Shown: piece by piece, positions 24,151-37,399 of the stretch | Numbering within the stretch: the first letter of the stretch is position 1 | Layout of the letters: the number at the start of each line of letters is the position of its first letter | DNA from: Catajapyx aquilonaris | Taxonomy: Eukaryota | Direction: 5' to 3' | Assembly (NCBI GenBank): GCA_000934665.2 | Contig: KZ538111.1 | Coordinates: forward strand, 62,001 to 123,954 | DNA length: 61,954 nt | The notes under the pieces: generated by a model | Databases searched by the model: none | What the model was told of the DNA's origin: nothing | The model's input: only the letters and a program-made list of their open reading frames with translations | Program-made: the position numbers and the translations under genes

Positions 24151-24231
24151 CCGACAGATGGCGCTGGGGTGGCGTTGTCTTGTGCTGCCATCTGGCGGGC
24201 ATGATTTGAAGCGATTCTGCGCAAAATGGCG
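24151..24231. promoter_or_regulatory. BAP1 promoter region: two opposed CTCF-like sites and a YY1-like motif
   Basis: CCGACAGATGGCGC (+, 24151-24164), CCGCCAGATGGCAGC (-, 24184-24198), CAAAATGGCG (24222-24231). Confidence 0.45.
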
Positions 24232-24348
24232 TCCGTTGCCAGCTGCAGGTAGGTCTGGTCTTGAGGGAACAGGAAGGGAAAAGGCAGAGATGTTCTGTCT
24301 GTGGGAGGACCCAGCTGGCTTCAGCGGCGATCCGAGGAAGAACTGAGG

Positions 24349-27300
24349 ATGCCGGTGGACATCAACAAGCTGACCGAGGGCTGGCTGGAGCTGGAGAGCG
24401 ACCCAGGTAAAGTGACACCGTTGCTTCCATCCGTACGACACTGACTGTGCTGTTCGATTTCAGGCCTGTTCACGTTGTTGTTGGAGGATTTTGGGGTGAA
24501 GGGTGTGCAGGTTGAGGAGATCTATGATTTGCAGAAGCCGTTGGAAGGACCCATTTATGGATTCATCTTCCTGTTTCGGTGGATTGAAGAGAGGAGGTCC
24601 AGGAGGAAGTTTTTTGATGAGAATGAGAGCTTCGTACGGGATGAGAACATTGTCAATAATATCTTTTTTGCACAGCAGGTTGGTATGACGGTTAGCGTAG
24701 TGTCCACAGCTTGGTGACGATGTGGATCGTTTCAGATGGTTCCAAACAGTTGCGCCACGCATGCCCTCCTGTCCGTCCTGCTCAACTGCCCCGACCTGCA
24801 TCTGGGAAGCACTCTCAGTCGACTCAAAATGCACACTACAGGAATGAGCCCAGAAAACAAGGTTTGTCAGCAGGATTTACAATAATTGTTCTGTAGTCTA
24901 ATTTTACAACATTAAAACATAACATAAAGTGCGGAAAACCAAACGACGATCTGACATCATCGTTTCTTACATTGTTGCTTTTTGTTGCTACTGTTGACTC
25001 ATATTGTTCCATGGAAACCTTGATGATGTCAGATCGCCGTTTAGTTTTCCACACTATAGGAGACATAACTAGTCTAGTTCGTTTGCTTTTCACTTAGGGC
25101 TGGGCAATAGGCAACACACCTGAACTAGCGTGTGCACACAATTCTCACGCCATGCCTCAGGCTCGTCGCCGCCGTGACAAGGGTGTTGGTGTGAGCACTG
25201 GCCGTTACTTGGGCGAGGCTTTCCACTTCGTGAGTTATGTCCCAATACGAGGACGTCTGTTTGAGTTGGATGGCCTGAAGCCTTACCCAATAGACCATGG
25301 CACGTACGGAGAAAAGGAGGATTGGACGGAGAAGTTCCGTCGGGTCATGACAGAACGACTTGGGATGGCAACAGGTGGAGAGCCCTATCACGACATCAGG
25401 TTCAACCTAATGGCAGTGGTTCCAGACCGGAGGATTGCCCTTAATCACAAGCTCAAGATATTGAGGACTAACCGGCAGATTGTGTTGGAGGCACTGCAGC
25501 AACTTGTCAAGCTGAGCCACACTGAAATGGCGCAGAGGTGTGAGGAGCTAAAGGCAGAGAAGGGTGGGAGATCTGATTTGCCCCCACCTGACGCATCGTC
25601 CTCACCATTGCCAGCACCATACATGCCAGTGCTTGAAACCCACAACTACTGCAAGAACCCACTGGTGGTGGGGGGAAGCAGTGGGGACGGCAGTGCCACT
25701 CCTGTTGCAGATCTTAACGTCAGCACAAGGTAAACATCCACGTTTATCATTGATGTAGCTGAACCTACACTCCGAATCACATTAGTGTGAACCTTATTGG
25801 ATACCCATGCGCCCAAGGGGTTGGTGAGCCAATGCTCCGCAAAATTAGTCCCCAGTATCTCTGGCTTTCTCGAAGAAACAGTGCTGGTACATGTAATTCG
25901 AATGCCTAATTATTATGGGCAGCCCATGGTGTAGCTGCAGCGCTACACAAACTTCACATTTTGTTGTGAAGAGCGGTAGGGCCTGGCATGTTGGGCACTA
26001 CTTTCGGGCAGTTCACCGAGCCCTTGGGCATATCCATATAGAAAAAGGTTAACTCTTATGTGAATCGAAGAGTAATGTACAGAAAACGAGAGAACGATCT
26101 GACGTCATCGTTTCTTCCATTATTGCTTTTTGTTGACACTTTACTGATATTGTTCTGTGAGGGTGTATTTCCATGGAAACCTTTAGGCGTCAGATCGTTC
26201 TCTCATTTTCCGCAGTCTACTTACTGCTGTTGTGTTTTAGTACGAAATACAAAGTGATACATTTGCAGCTCAACTGAAACTATGAGTGAAGAAGAGCCTC
26301 CAATGCCAGAGGGGATGAAAAAACCAACTGCGGAGGCCCGAGATGCGTCTGCTCCCCCTCCCCCTCCCCCCACCTCCCAAGCGTCTTCCCTCCACCCGGA
26401 CTACTCCCTCCCCCTGACCATCCAAACCTCTCCTGCCCCCAGCAGTTCCAGTACAGACACCTCCTCTGAGGTTGGGTCAGCGTTCAACTCCCCAACACAA
26501 GGATGCGGGTGGAGCTCTTGCCAGACCAGCCCTCTGTCTACAAAAGACATCAAGAAATTTGTGGTCATACGTGTGGCAGGGGAGGTTGGGAGAGGGGTTG
26601 AGGAAGCCAAGGCTGGAGATTCATCGGCCCAGTGCTCTCCAGTTGGTGAGAAGAGGGGCCATGCAGATGCGGAGGGGGCTGAGGCAGGAGTTGGAGGAAA
26701 GAGGCCTTGTGGGGAGACCAATGCAACAGAATCGGATGCAACTGTCAAGGTGGAGCCAGGTGTTGAAGGTTGGTGTCTCCCATTTCTGTCAGTTCACATT
26801 TGAATCAGAGTTTAAATTGTTTCCTCCTCATAGGCAAGGAACCACCTGCACTCTCAGAAGAGAAACCTGCCCCATCTTCATCCTCCTCATCCCCAACGGA
26901 GATGAGCATGGGGGCCGACTCTCACTGGATATCAAAGTATCCAGAGCTGTTCCAGCCGCACAACTTTGCCCCAAAAGACCTTCTGGCTCTGCTGAAAAAC
27001 CTGGAGGGGGAGATTGGGGCATGTGAGATGGGTGTTAGAGATGAGAATGACAAGCGCAAGAAGTACAAGGTGGATGACAGCCGCAGGACCCACAACTATG
27101 ACGAGTTTGTCTGCACCTTCCTGTCCATGCTGGCCCAGCAGGGGAAGCTGGCTGACCTGGTTAAGCAACACCTGCTGCTGCACAAGCGCCCAGGAGGACA
27201 GACCCAAGCTGCTGGAGGTGGGGGAGGCGGTGCTGCAGAGGGAGGCGGGCAGGGGGAGAGAGTTGGACCAGGGATTTCACCCAGGATTGGGGCCAGGTAA

Positions 27301-27497
27301 ATTGTTATCTAAACAAATGATGCAGGATGTATCGCATAGCTGCTGTCAGGAGCGCTAAGTCGTTGATAAGTAATTGCCGTAGGATCTGTTACATCCAGTC
27401 ACACATGCCCTCATTCAACAGGTCAGCAAAGGCAGATGGACGCAATACAACTCGGCGAAAGCGAGGACGCCCAGCAAAATACAGGCGCAGGAAGTAA
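24349..27497 (+). CDS. BAP1: Ubiquitin C-terminal hydrolase BAP1/calypso (PR-DUB catalytic subunit), about 689 aa
   Basis: Exons 24349-24406, 24464-24678, 24736-24861, 25098-25729, 26269-26768, 26834-27296, 27422-27497 (2070 nt). Motifs [15 protein letters not shown], catalytic [21 protein letters not shown]...LFELDGLK, C-terminal [13 protein letters not shown] and basic tail [14 protein letters not shown]. Confidence 0.96.
24928..25055. mobile_element. Short hairpin MITE in BAP1 intron 3; related copy at about 26080-26215 in intron 4
   Basis: AGTGCGGAAAACCAAACGACGATCTGACATCATC ... GATGATGTCAGATCGCCGTTTAGTTTTCCACACT; the internal TTCCATGGAAACCTT is shared by both copies. Confidence 0.7.
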
Positions 27498-29056
27498 ACA
27501 GCAAGGTGCCGTGACAAGAGGAGCTGCGCAAAGCAATGCGAAGCTGCAATAACACCTTGCTGTGTATGCAATTTTTTTTTTCTTTTGCAAATTTTTCCAC
27601 CAGGCTGACATGTCAAAATTATAGCATGTGTCTAGCACTAGGATAAGTGTATGCTCAGTACCCGTGGTTAATCATAGTTGGCTGTTAGAGAAGAAGGGAA
27701 AAAAAGAGAAAAGAAAAAAACGGATTTTCAATGGTATTGAAAGAGATGCTTCTGCCAATGGCAGAGATATTTTGAGTGATTAACGAAGGCTGCTGACATT
27801 AATTTCAGTTAGTCCTTTTTGCAGGCACTGACGGAAACTGGCTGTGAGAATTAACTTCCATAGGAAGCTGCGTGGATAAATTCATTATTGTTAACACTAG
27901 ATGACAGTATTTTTTTGCGGGTGGGGGGAACGCTCTCTCTGTTAATTAATTTTTTTTGGTCGGAGGTGTAGCTGTACGTGGGTAGGTGTTGGGAGGTAGG
28001 CCTGCTAATCTATGACAACTTCTCTACCAGTAGGATGGGGAAATCTCAATTTCGGAAAGAAATGTACATTTAACAGTGTGAGGTTTTCAGCAGAAGATAC
28101 TCAGCTCTGTAGATGTGTACAGTATTGTCCACTCTTGTTGATTTTTCATTTCTTCTCGAGTATTATTTTTTTAACCTCTCTATGTATTGACAATGTGTAA
28201 ATATTGGAAATAGGTTGTTCTAGTTAGGAGGTAACGTGCTTATTGTCCCATCCGCAGGTATATTTCAGTTTTTATTTGTTTGTCGTGGTATGTTGCGCCA
28301 GATCCTCCTCCTGCAGACGTCGCCAAATATCCTGTGAAACCAAGAGCTCCCAGGGTGTTATAAAATAAGGGATTTTAAATGTTAAAATTTATTTGAAGGA
28401 AATGCAGCAGTGAAGTATTGCAGGTGCAGCTATTTAAAATGCCAACAATGCACTGGCTTTACACTTGCCGCGACTAAAAGCCTGCGGACAATCTGATTGG
28501 TTGGGCTTCTTCAGCCAATGAGAACGTAGGCTTCCCAGGCGCAATTGCGCAGTGTAAATGTGGCGCGCTCAAAATAACGGGAATTTTTTGTTTAATCAAT
28601 TCTCGGCACATATTTTAAGGCCGTATTATTATTAATCGTAATTGCGTGAGAAAATGAATGGGTGAGAGAACTTTTTCTTTTTGTTTTGCGTAGGTGAGTT
28701 TGAGTGATCCAAGATGGCGTCGGCTTTCTTCCTGTGCACGGTTCCTGCTGTGCCCTGCTTGGTGCGATTCTTACGGTAGTAGTCTCCGCTTGAGCGAGGC
28801 CAACCAAGGAGGAGGAAACGGCGGTGGTGGTCACCGCACAGTAACCTGCCGAAAGGGGACGCACCAGCCGAGGGGGACAGCACGTGTGGAGCAGGTAGGC
28901 TGTTGTTATGGTGCCTCACACACCGCCAGCTAGATTGGCAGTGCTTCATTGCAACAAGTCTTTTTTAACTCCGTGTTGTGTTGCCTGGAAGGGCCCGCTG
29001 GAAGGGGCCTGGAGGAGGAGGAGCAGCCGCCAAGTACAACGTCCACACCTGGTGCA

Positions 29057-32000
29057 ATGGCCGAGAAGAATCAACGGTAAGGCTGGGCTGCGTCGGACCT
29101 GAACTCACTCTGGTTTGAGACGCTGGAATGCGTGTTTGGCTCGCGTTGGAGTTCACTGGGGCCAGTATGGCAACAGGTTGCATATTGGCTTCGTCTTAGC
29201 ACGTGGTGCATACCATGTGATTCGCTTAAACCAGCAGTTGTCAACCAGTGTTCTGCATGGTTTTATTGTGCGGGTTCAGCCGAAGTTGTCCACTACTTCT
29301 GGGGCGGCATGGTGGTCTAGTGGTTATGCCACTGGCCAGCCAAGCGGGAGGCCGGGGTTCAAATCCCGTCCCCGTCACCTCTGCTTGGCCGGGTCTTCTT
29401 CCGCTTTTCACCCGAGATGCCGGAGCGGAATTGCACTCCCTTCTCTGCTCGGGGCCAGGAGAAAAGGCCTGGTGTTAAAGAATGTCAAAAGTGGCTATCA
29501 CACGGCACCCTCCCTTGGGAATTTCCCCTTCCCCCCTAAGAGGGCCACGAGCTCTATCACGGGGTAACCAAAAAAGAAAAAAAGAAGGAAAAAGTCCGCT
29601 GCTTCTATGATTCACACAAAATCATTTTAAATGGGGAAACAATTTCAAAGTCTACAGCAGCCCCCTGTCACTCCTATGGTACACTCCTATGACACACACA
29701 GGAATATATCGGATATCGGTGGCAGCCACCTGAATCCTAGTCTGCAAACGCCCTCCAAGGAAAGGACAATTTGGGTTGGTTCCGAAGGTGGCCAACCCAA
29801 ACGACTCCCCCAGTAGATTCCTGTGGGGGGTGCCAGCGCCACGTTCCCCGCATGGCGGAGACTTTTATATTAACCTACCGCCAACACAGGGCTAGGCTGG
29901 AAGAGACGGGGCTGTCCCTGACAAGTGGATCATTCAGCAGCATTATTTGTAAGGTTGAGTTTGTAGGCCTATCAGATACTTATCAATGTGTGCAGATGGG
30001 ACTTCTTTCAAAGTGATGGCAGCACCCACATGTGGCAGCAGGGCAAGTCTTGTGGTAGTGACAAGTGACATTTTAAAGCATAAACTTGGTCAAACCTGTG
30101 CAAATTAGAGATAGGCTTCATAGCATTAATTTTTTTCCAGTACAACCAGTGTCGTATAACTTCCCAGTTCATGCACGTAGTTTTGCTTTCCAAAGATGAT
30201 GCCACCAATAAACTATTTCTGCAATAATATGACGGGTTTGATACTAGGCCACCACTGTAAACTGAATCACAAGGTTTTATCCGAGGTTTTATCACTCTGT
30301 AGTGCACGTAAAAGCTGCAAAACATGTTTACACTATCACAGATTAATTGCGAAATATCTTGAGGCGGAAAGAAAACAAAAATGTTACAGCCATGCATTAA
30401 AAAATGGCACAGGTTGACGCACTCAATTTAGCTCAAATTCAGCTGGTGTGTGCATGCACTGCAAGAGCAAGGGAAGTCCAGAAATTAATAGAAATTATTA
30501 TGATTGCAAAGTGTCTTATTAGTGAAGCACCATAAAGCGAAGTACTCAATCTAGTGAACATGGATTATCCTCCCTGTGGACCTGAAATGTCGTCACCTGC
30601 AAGCAACAAAGTGCCTGTCTTTTATACTAATGCAATGTGATATGATCTGTTGCAAGGTTGGGAAGTCCATCTGAAGATGTTGACAAGCTGAAGGAAAAGA
30701 CGGAAGAGCAGGAAGAGGAGAAAGATGAAGATCTGAAGCTTGTTATCAACGAAAGTGATACTGAAGAAGACGAGGCTAAGAAGAAAGCAAAACCAAAAAG
30801 GAAGCCGTCGCCTGAGAAAAAGGAGCTCCCAAGCAGTGGTAAATTTGTGACATAGCAGCTCGGATTATGATAAAATGGTAGTGTCTGGAAAGCGCAATGT
30901 ATTCGTGCTTTCTTTTTTCTTATGTAGAGGAGCCGATGTTTGTTGATCCTAGACTCCCAAAAGGATGGTACCGGAAGGTAATCCAAAGGCAGGGGGGTGC
31001 AACTGCTGGAAAATGGGACGTTTACATCCATAGGTAAGAGTAAATGGATGCAGAATTTTTTCTTCATTTTCAACACATAATAAATCAAAAAGTTTGTCAT
31101 TTCCAATTGAACATCTTGACACTGGTGAGGAATTATATTGTTGTAATTTCAGCCCCGAGGGGAAGAAGTTTCGCTCTCGTAATGAGCTCCGTGCCTTCTT
31201 TGACACGAGTGGATCCGACCTAGCCGCGGATGATTTTGACTTTAGTGTCACCGGCAAAGGTGCAGCAACACGCAAAGCTGGACGAAAGCCAGGTATGTAA
31301 CTGCATGAAACAAAGTGATTTTACTGCATTTCTAGGTGAGAAATTGAAAATATTTTTGGACACATGGATATTTATGCACTCGGGGTGGGGAGCAGCAAAC
31401 TCCGTAAAACATCCACCCTGATGGCACTTGTTCTTACGGGTGATGTCACCAGCATTAAATAACAAGCACAGTCAAGCCAGGTTTTTTTACTTGTTAGTTT
31501 GGTGCTCTCTGTACTAGTTTGTTTTTTACACATTTTCTTGACAAAAATGGAATGAAACTAAACATAAGGTGCGTTTACATGTGAATGATGTCCTCGCCAG
31601 TGGTAACATCATGGCGTAACCAAAGTAACCAGTATTGTGTGATCCGAAAATCGATTGTTACTTTCACCTCAAACAATTGGATTCATTGCTCGGCAATGAC
31701 ATCGCTCAAATTAATGTAAACGCCGCTTTACTTAATAATACTAATAGTAAAAACTGGTAAACACATAATAGTGTAACCTGATTGATGTCCTTTCTTGGCG
31801 TCAGCGGGAAAACCTGTCACACTCAACCCTTTGTCGTGCAGGAATAGACCAAGAATTTAAACTGACACAGGTTTTTGCCTGCAAGAGTTTTATTATAGTG
31901 GTTGTAGAGTAATGTTAATTTGTAGTCTAACAGCCCTATATTGATATTTTCATATTGATTTTAAGAAAAAGAACAGCCTCATGCCGGCCTGAAGGTGAAA

Positions 32001-35000
32001 TTGCCTCTCCGCACGGCTCGTAGTGCTGCCGCCGAAGCCAACTCAGATTCTGCTAAGGATTCTGGAGAGCCTGTGCGGAAGAAGGGGAAAAAGGCTCGTG
32101 CTCGAAGGAGGAAGTAAATTCCTGGCTCCTCATCCACTCTCCACCCATCATCATCCTCTCATATTGTTTTTAATTACCCTCACTGTTTTGTATTCACTGA
32201 AGTATGTGATTCACTAGCTCAAATGAAATCTGACGTGGTGGGAACGCAGTTCGGAATTAAAGGGGTACAGTATTCGGATTTGAACTCTAGCTTTGTGGTG
32301 GGAAAAGGGATGGGAACAGGAACACTATCACCGTTAGTTGGCGCCTTAATGACAGCCCAAGTGCACCGTTGTTTTAAACAGTGATTATTTTTCTTATTGG
32401 ATATGTGGACAAAAATAAAAATAACACTCGATGACGTGTAATCTTTAATTTGAAGACCCGTTAGCTTTTCCGAGCTGCGTAGCCTTCCCTGCAACTTCAT
32501 ATTGGATCAGATTGTCCAATAAGACTCCCGAGGCAACGGAGATTCACCTTGGCTACTTTTGCAGCTAAGTAAAATTGCTCTATTAGCTACTAAAGCTGCA
32601 TTCACATACCTGTGGGAAGCGATGAAGGGACATGAAAGAGCTGTTGATTGATGGTGTTACTTGCGGAACAAATACTTCAGGTACAGAAAAGCCTCTCAGT
32701 GTCCCACATTGCCAGTATGTGAATGCACTGTAAAAATGTAACCATGAGGGGAAAGAAAGAGAAGAATAGGCACTGTTGCCCCATAACTTATGTTAGATCT
32801 TCGCTGCCTTGGGCCATCAATAATAATAGGTGATGGGAAAATACCTGCTGTCCACTCCTCACCTTCCTCAACCAACTTCTGCCATCCTCGAAAGAAAATG
32901 GTAACTGCAATGACTGTGTACTGAAGTTGTTTTGTTGCTCGAGTGTACGTTGCAGTTATAGCTCTCTTTCATAGGATGGCAGATTGAACCTCCATGTATT
33001 GTTGCAAAGACAGGCACAGCTCTTCTCCTCTTTCTTTCGATTTCGTGTAATTTCTTAGTGGAATTAGCATAGCAGATATTTCATACAGTGAGAAGATTCA
33101 TAATAATGTTTCACAACAATAATATGAAACTGTCTCAATGGTGCTATCAAAGAGTTCTGCTATAACATATACGGGGTGTTTCAACTTTTTTGTCCGAATA
33201 GTTATCGGAAATATTGCACTATAAGCTGCTACTTTGTAAGCAGTGACTTGCAATCAGTTTGTCGGAGGAATGGGGAACATTCCCTGCGAATCTTAGGTTG
33301 AAGTGGCATACACTGCGTGCAAAGTAGCAGCTTAGTGCAATATTTCCGATAACTGTTCGAACAAAAAAATTGAAACACCCTGTATAATACCTCGAGAGAT
33401 CACTCGAGGTGAAATGTGAGGCAGGTTAACAATATGACCCAAGTGAAGATGGCGGCTTCCTCAGCCTGGCTAATGGGAAAGTATAGGGAGTACTTCCTCT
33501 AGGTATATATAGTATATATATTATAGCAGAACTCTTTGGGTGCTATACACAACGTCATGGCATCTTGCTGTTGTCACACTATTACGAATCATCTGTGATT
33601 TTTTATTATTATTATTTTAATTCGTGGCATTATACTTGAATAAATTATGAGAGGGTAAAACTAGAGAGGCAATCTCACATGTGTAAAAGAAAGCACCCTT
33701 ACAACTTGGCTAAATCTGCAGCTCAGAGCTTTTTGCATCCAGCGTTGGTTACTTTTTCTTGACTGGTTTGGCCACAGATTATTGCTATTACTGTAAATAC
33801 TTTTATTCAGAAATTTTGTGCATTGTTAATGCTTATTGGAAAGAGGAACTCTGTAGCAAGGTTACAAGGTAGCAATCGTAGCATGCATGCAGTGAACGTA
33901 TTGTTGCTTGGGAGCATGGGCATTCACTGGATTGACAAAGCGTCAAAAATGGAGTGCACAACGTATCGTAAATCTACAGCAGCACCTTATAGTAAGGCCA
34001 GAGTGCACAAGTGAAGAATGTCGACTGAGGGTTTGGCTTATGCGACAGGCTCTCCGGTCCAAGATTGTAGTGGTCGCTTGGTAATTTACCTGGTAGCACT
34101 GATCAGATGGGAGAATTTGAATGGCCCGTGGATTTGTACAGCCAGTATGTCAGTCATCTTGGATTCGACAGCAATGCCAGTCAAAATTCAATCTTCCTCC
34201 CACTCTGAGCCATTCTCTTGATATGAGTTCACATTTACGTGTCTAACCTGCAACCCCCACCCTCTCTGTGCACTATTGTAGATATTCAGTAGCAGTTAAA
34301 ATTAAAATATCTGGAACATTTTCCAAGGGATGGAGGAAGTCACAAAATTGGCGTCACTTTATGCCAAGAGGTTGGCTACAACTGTGGTTGGGTACTCTGT
34401 GGATTGTCAGTCCTGCCCTGCATGGCAACTGTAAACAACCCCCCCATGGCAACCTGGCTTGCTGTTCCAAGACTGGAGGCATACTGAGCATAGTCACACG
34501 TGTTGGCACCAGATAGTACTCCTCTTTTTGCTTCTTTTTTTCCCTGCTCAATCCACATGTGCAGTTACTTTTGCAAGCATTTGCATGCAAATGAGTGCTG
34601 GTACTGCAGCCCTCCCAACGGAACGTTTGTGCTAGTCGTGAAAGGGGGGAGAGTTGCTATCTCTTTCAGTTTACCCAGTGTTGTTCAAACAGACTGGGTG
34701 GAGTTATCAGTACCTAATTCCTCCCACTTTGGTGATAACCCTTACCACAAGTAGTGTGTAGCCTTGACTGCCAGTTATCCACTGTGTTTAGCCTGGTAAC
34801 ACAGCCATTTGACATGTTATAGGCATTTCCTGGAAGTCCCCGGGGCAGGAATTCATACCGTTGGGAAAACGGGCAAACATGGAGCCCAAGAAGCGTGGCC
34901 GCAAGCGCAAGGTTGTGGCGTCACAGGTGGACTCTGAAGACCCTGCTCCAAGCCCTGCAAAGATACGGAAGGTAGCTGAGGGAGGTGCTGCCAAAAAGAG

Positions 35001-36321
35001 GCTGCAGCAGCGCATCGTGCAGCAGCGCATAAGAAGGAGAAGGCTCAACTACTGCATACGGAATGTGTCTCCAATCAAGCTGAAGATCAAGACGGCAATG
35101 CTGGCAGAGGAAGACAAGAGCAGCAGTGAAGAGCTGGAGGAGGAAATGGAGCAGGAGGAGGGGAAGAGTAAGAAGCCAGGCGGCCGCAGCCACTATTTCA
35201 AGAAGGTAGCTGGGGAGAGTGAAGTGGAACCACCCAAGTCGCTTAATAAGGACGTGTGGGTGCCACCAAAGTCTCCATTTCACCTGGTGCAGGAGAAGCT
35301 CTATGATAATCCTTGGAAGCTGCTGGTGGCCACCATGTTTCTTAACCGGACTGCAGGTCAGTTTTGAATTTCCCTTGGTAGTTCCCCCCTGACTACAGAT
35401 TGAGCCTTGTTTGTGGGACATATCACGCATAACTGAAGAAACAGTCTAGACGCAAACATATTAGAAGGAATCCAAGCATCAGTATGTTTCAAAGGGAATT
35501 TCACATGGCATCTTGGGGTGGTGTGCTGAACATTTTTTCCCTATTTTTTCTGCAGCAGCTGTGTTTGTTTTTCCTAGTCTGACATTTTTTCTTACTTTTT
35601 GCCGGTTTTGTCGTCTATGATATTGTGACAAGACTGCTCGTTGTTGAAGAGTAAGATACATTTATGTCAATAACAACATACTACACACTATATTATGTAC
35701 TCTAATGTGCTTTATTACAGTAGGCCTACACTAGTAGCTGTCTTAATGTGCATGAATTTGACGTTAAACTGTACATATTACATAGCGTTTGGTATTATCA
35801 ACAGTTTCAAACATTCGTGGGTTGGTTTGGAACCTATCCCCTGTAGACAAATCGGGGGGAATTCTGCAATACATTCTGAAAGCTGTGTATTAATTTGTGT
35901 GTGTCTACAGGAAAGGAGGCAATTCCCATACTCTGGAAGTTTTTTGAGCAATGGCCTACTCCCGAGTCTGTGGTGGAGGCAAACTGGGTGGACATAGCAG
36001 CCCTGATGGCACCTCTGGGCCTCAATGAGAAGAGAGCAAAGACTATGAAACGTTTTTCAGGTACTTTTTCTTGGCTCCACTTTTTATGACCAAACAAATG
36101 TAACTATTGTGAGCGCAAGATTAACTCTACTTCATTGCACAGATGAGTTCCTGACCAAGAAGTGGAAGTATCCCAATGAGCTGTTTGGGATAGGGAAGTA
36201 TGGGAACGATTCCTACCGCATGTTCTGCGTGAACGAGTGGCGCCAGGTGCATCCAGACGACGTCATGCTCAGCATCTACCACAGTTGGCTCGCCACCAAC
36301 TGCATCTACATGGGCATATAG
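29057..36321 (+). CDS. MBD4: MBD4/MeCP2-family protein: MBD plus HhH-GPD glycosylase domain, long isoform about 436 aa
   Basis: Exons 29057-29076, 30657-30838, 30928-31033, 31153-31292, 34823-35356, 35911-36060, 36143-36321 (1311 nt). [42 protein letters not shown]...FDFSVTG. Glycosylase: [32 protein letters not shown]...[16 protein letters not shown]. The start exon is inferred from phase only. Confidence 0.93.
29301..29593 (+). mobile_element. tRNA-derived SINE
   Basis: A box TGGTCTAGTGG, B box GGTTCAAATCC, A-rich tail; homologous to the copy starting at 56806. Confidence 0.8.
31568..31726. mobile_element. PIF/Harbinger-like MITE; a similar element lies at about 32594-32730
   Basis: TAA|GGTGCGTTTACAT ... 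ATGTAAACGCCGC|TTTA; second element GCTGCATTCACATAC ... GTATGTGAATGCA. Confidence 0.5.
31966..32117 (+). CDS. Alternative terminal exon of MBD4/MeCP2 giving an MBD-only isoform of about 199 aa
   Basis: Acceptor attgattttaag| is phase 1, matching the donor at 31292. Encodes [56 protein letters not shown] at 32256 and AATAAA at 32414 follow. Confidence 0.7.
33172..33382. mobile_element. mariner-type MITE
   Basis: TA|CGGGGTGTTTCAA ... TTGAAACACCCTG|TA with arms of about 65 bp. Confidence 0.8.
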
Positions 36322-37399
36322 TGGTGGTGTTCTGTGTTTTTAGCCATTTGTTTTGGACCCTACCTGAGAACCATTTTTATACAGATAGGACAGTATTTGT
36401 TGGGCTTTCAAGGGAGAGAGACAATCATGTCTTTTCCTTGGGGTCGATGTCAGACTATCATTCTTTTTGCCTTGGGGCGAATCGTGTCAAAATAAATTTT
36501 GTAGGTTGATATTTGGAATAATTTGGAATTTTAGGATTGTAACGTACTTGCCCCAAACATGGAGAGGTCTGTGATTACCTTATTACCTCACTTAAAGCAG
36601 CATGCCGCAATAACCATCATTTTGAACATTGTCAGTTTTTTTTGGAATGCTTCAGGTGCTGTACTCAAATAATGTTATATGGTGAAAAATGGGCGAGTGT
36701 ACAGGGCTGTGAAAATAATTATGCAAGTTCTGATGCACAGTGCATAGACTGTGACCAATCCCATTGTCAGCCTGCTTTGGGAGGGGAACCTCCTCCTACC
36801 TACTCGCAAAGGATCAAGACAAACTCCTCAAGTCCGCTTTTCTCAATGCAGCTTGATGGTTGCAGGTCTCATACAAGTAGGTTCTACATAGTTCAGGCAT
36901 ACTGGCATCAGTATCAGTATCAGTAATATTAATAAATGAAAGGGCTAATTTAAAAAAAAGTATCTCCCCAAAAAATCAGCAAATTAAGAATAAGGAAAGT
37001 ATTAAGCAGTCCCCACGGTACATCAAAAAAAGCTGCACTTATGGTGCACTTGTTCCTTAGACCCATTTGGTTGATTTGACCCTTAGTTCCTTTCATTTCA
37101 TCCCTTAGGACCCCCAAAATTGGGGGTGGAGGTGCAGATTAACAAATTTGGAAAAAAAAAAATCCAAAAATCTCCCTCAAATTATCTTGAAGACGATTAC
37201 ACATGAATCAGACCTGCTGAATATGATGATGCTGTTTAGGATGTCATCTGAGCGATGGAAGTGACATAATAGAGGCCATATTTAAAAAGGGCAGCCCAAT
37301 ATGACCATTGCATTCAAAGTGACCATACCTATATGTAGGGTATCGTTTCGTTGGTATTTCTTGTTCGATCACCAGAACTGCGCCAGGAAGGAAGGTTGG

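Noticed and set aside
28714..28779. ATG at 28714 as the MBD4 start codon
   Set aside because: It closes after 21 codons and lies in a CAAGATGGCG YY1-like motif. The ATG at 29057 fits the splice phase.
29301..29375. tRNA gene (also 7048, 55560, 56806, 61790)
   Set aside because: A and B boxes are present but I see no cloverleaf; shared bodies and tails indicate SINEs.
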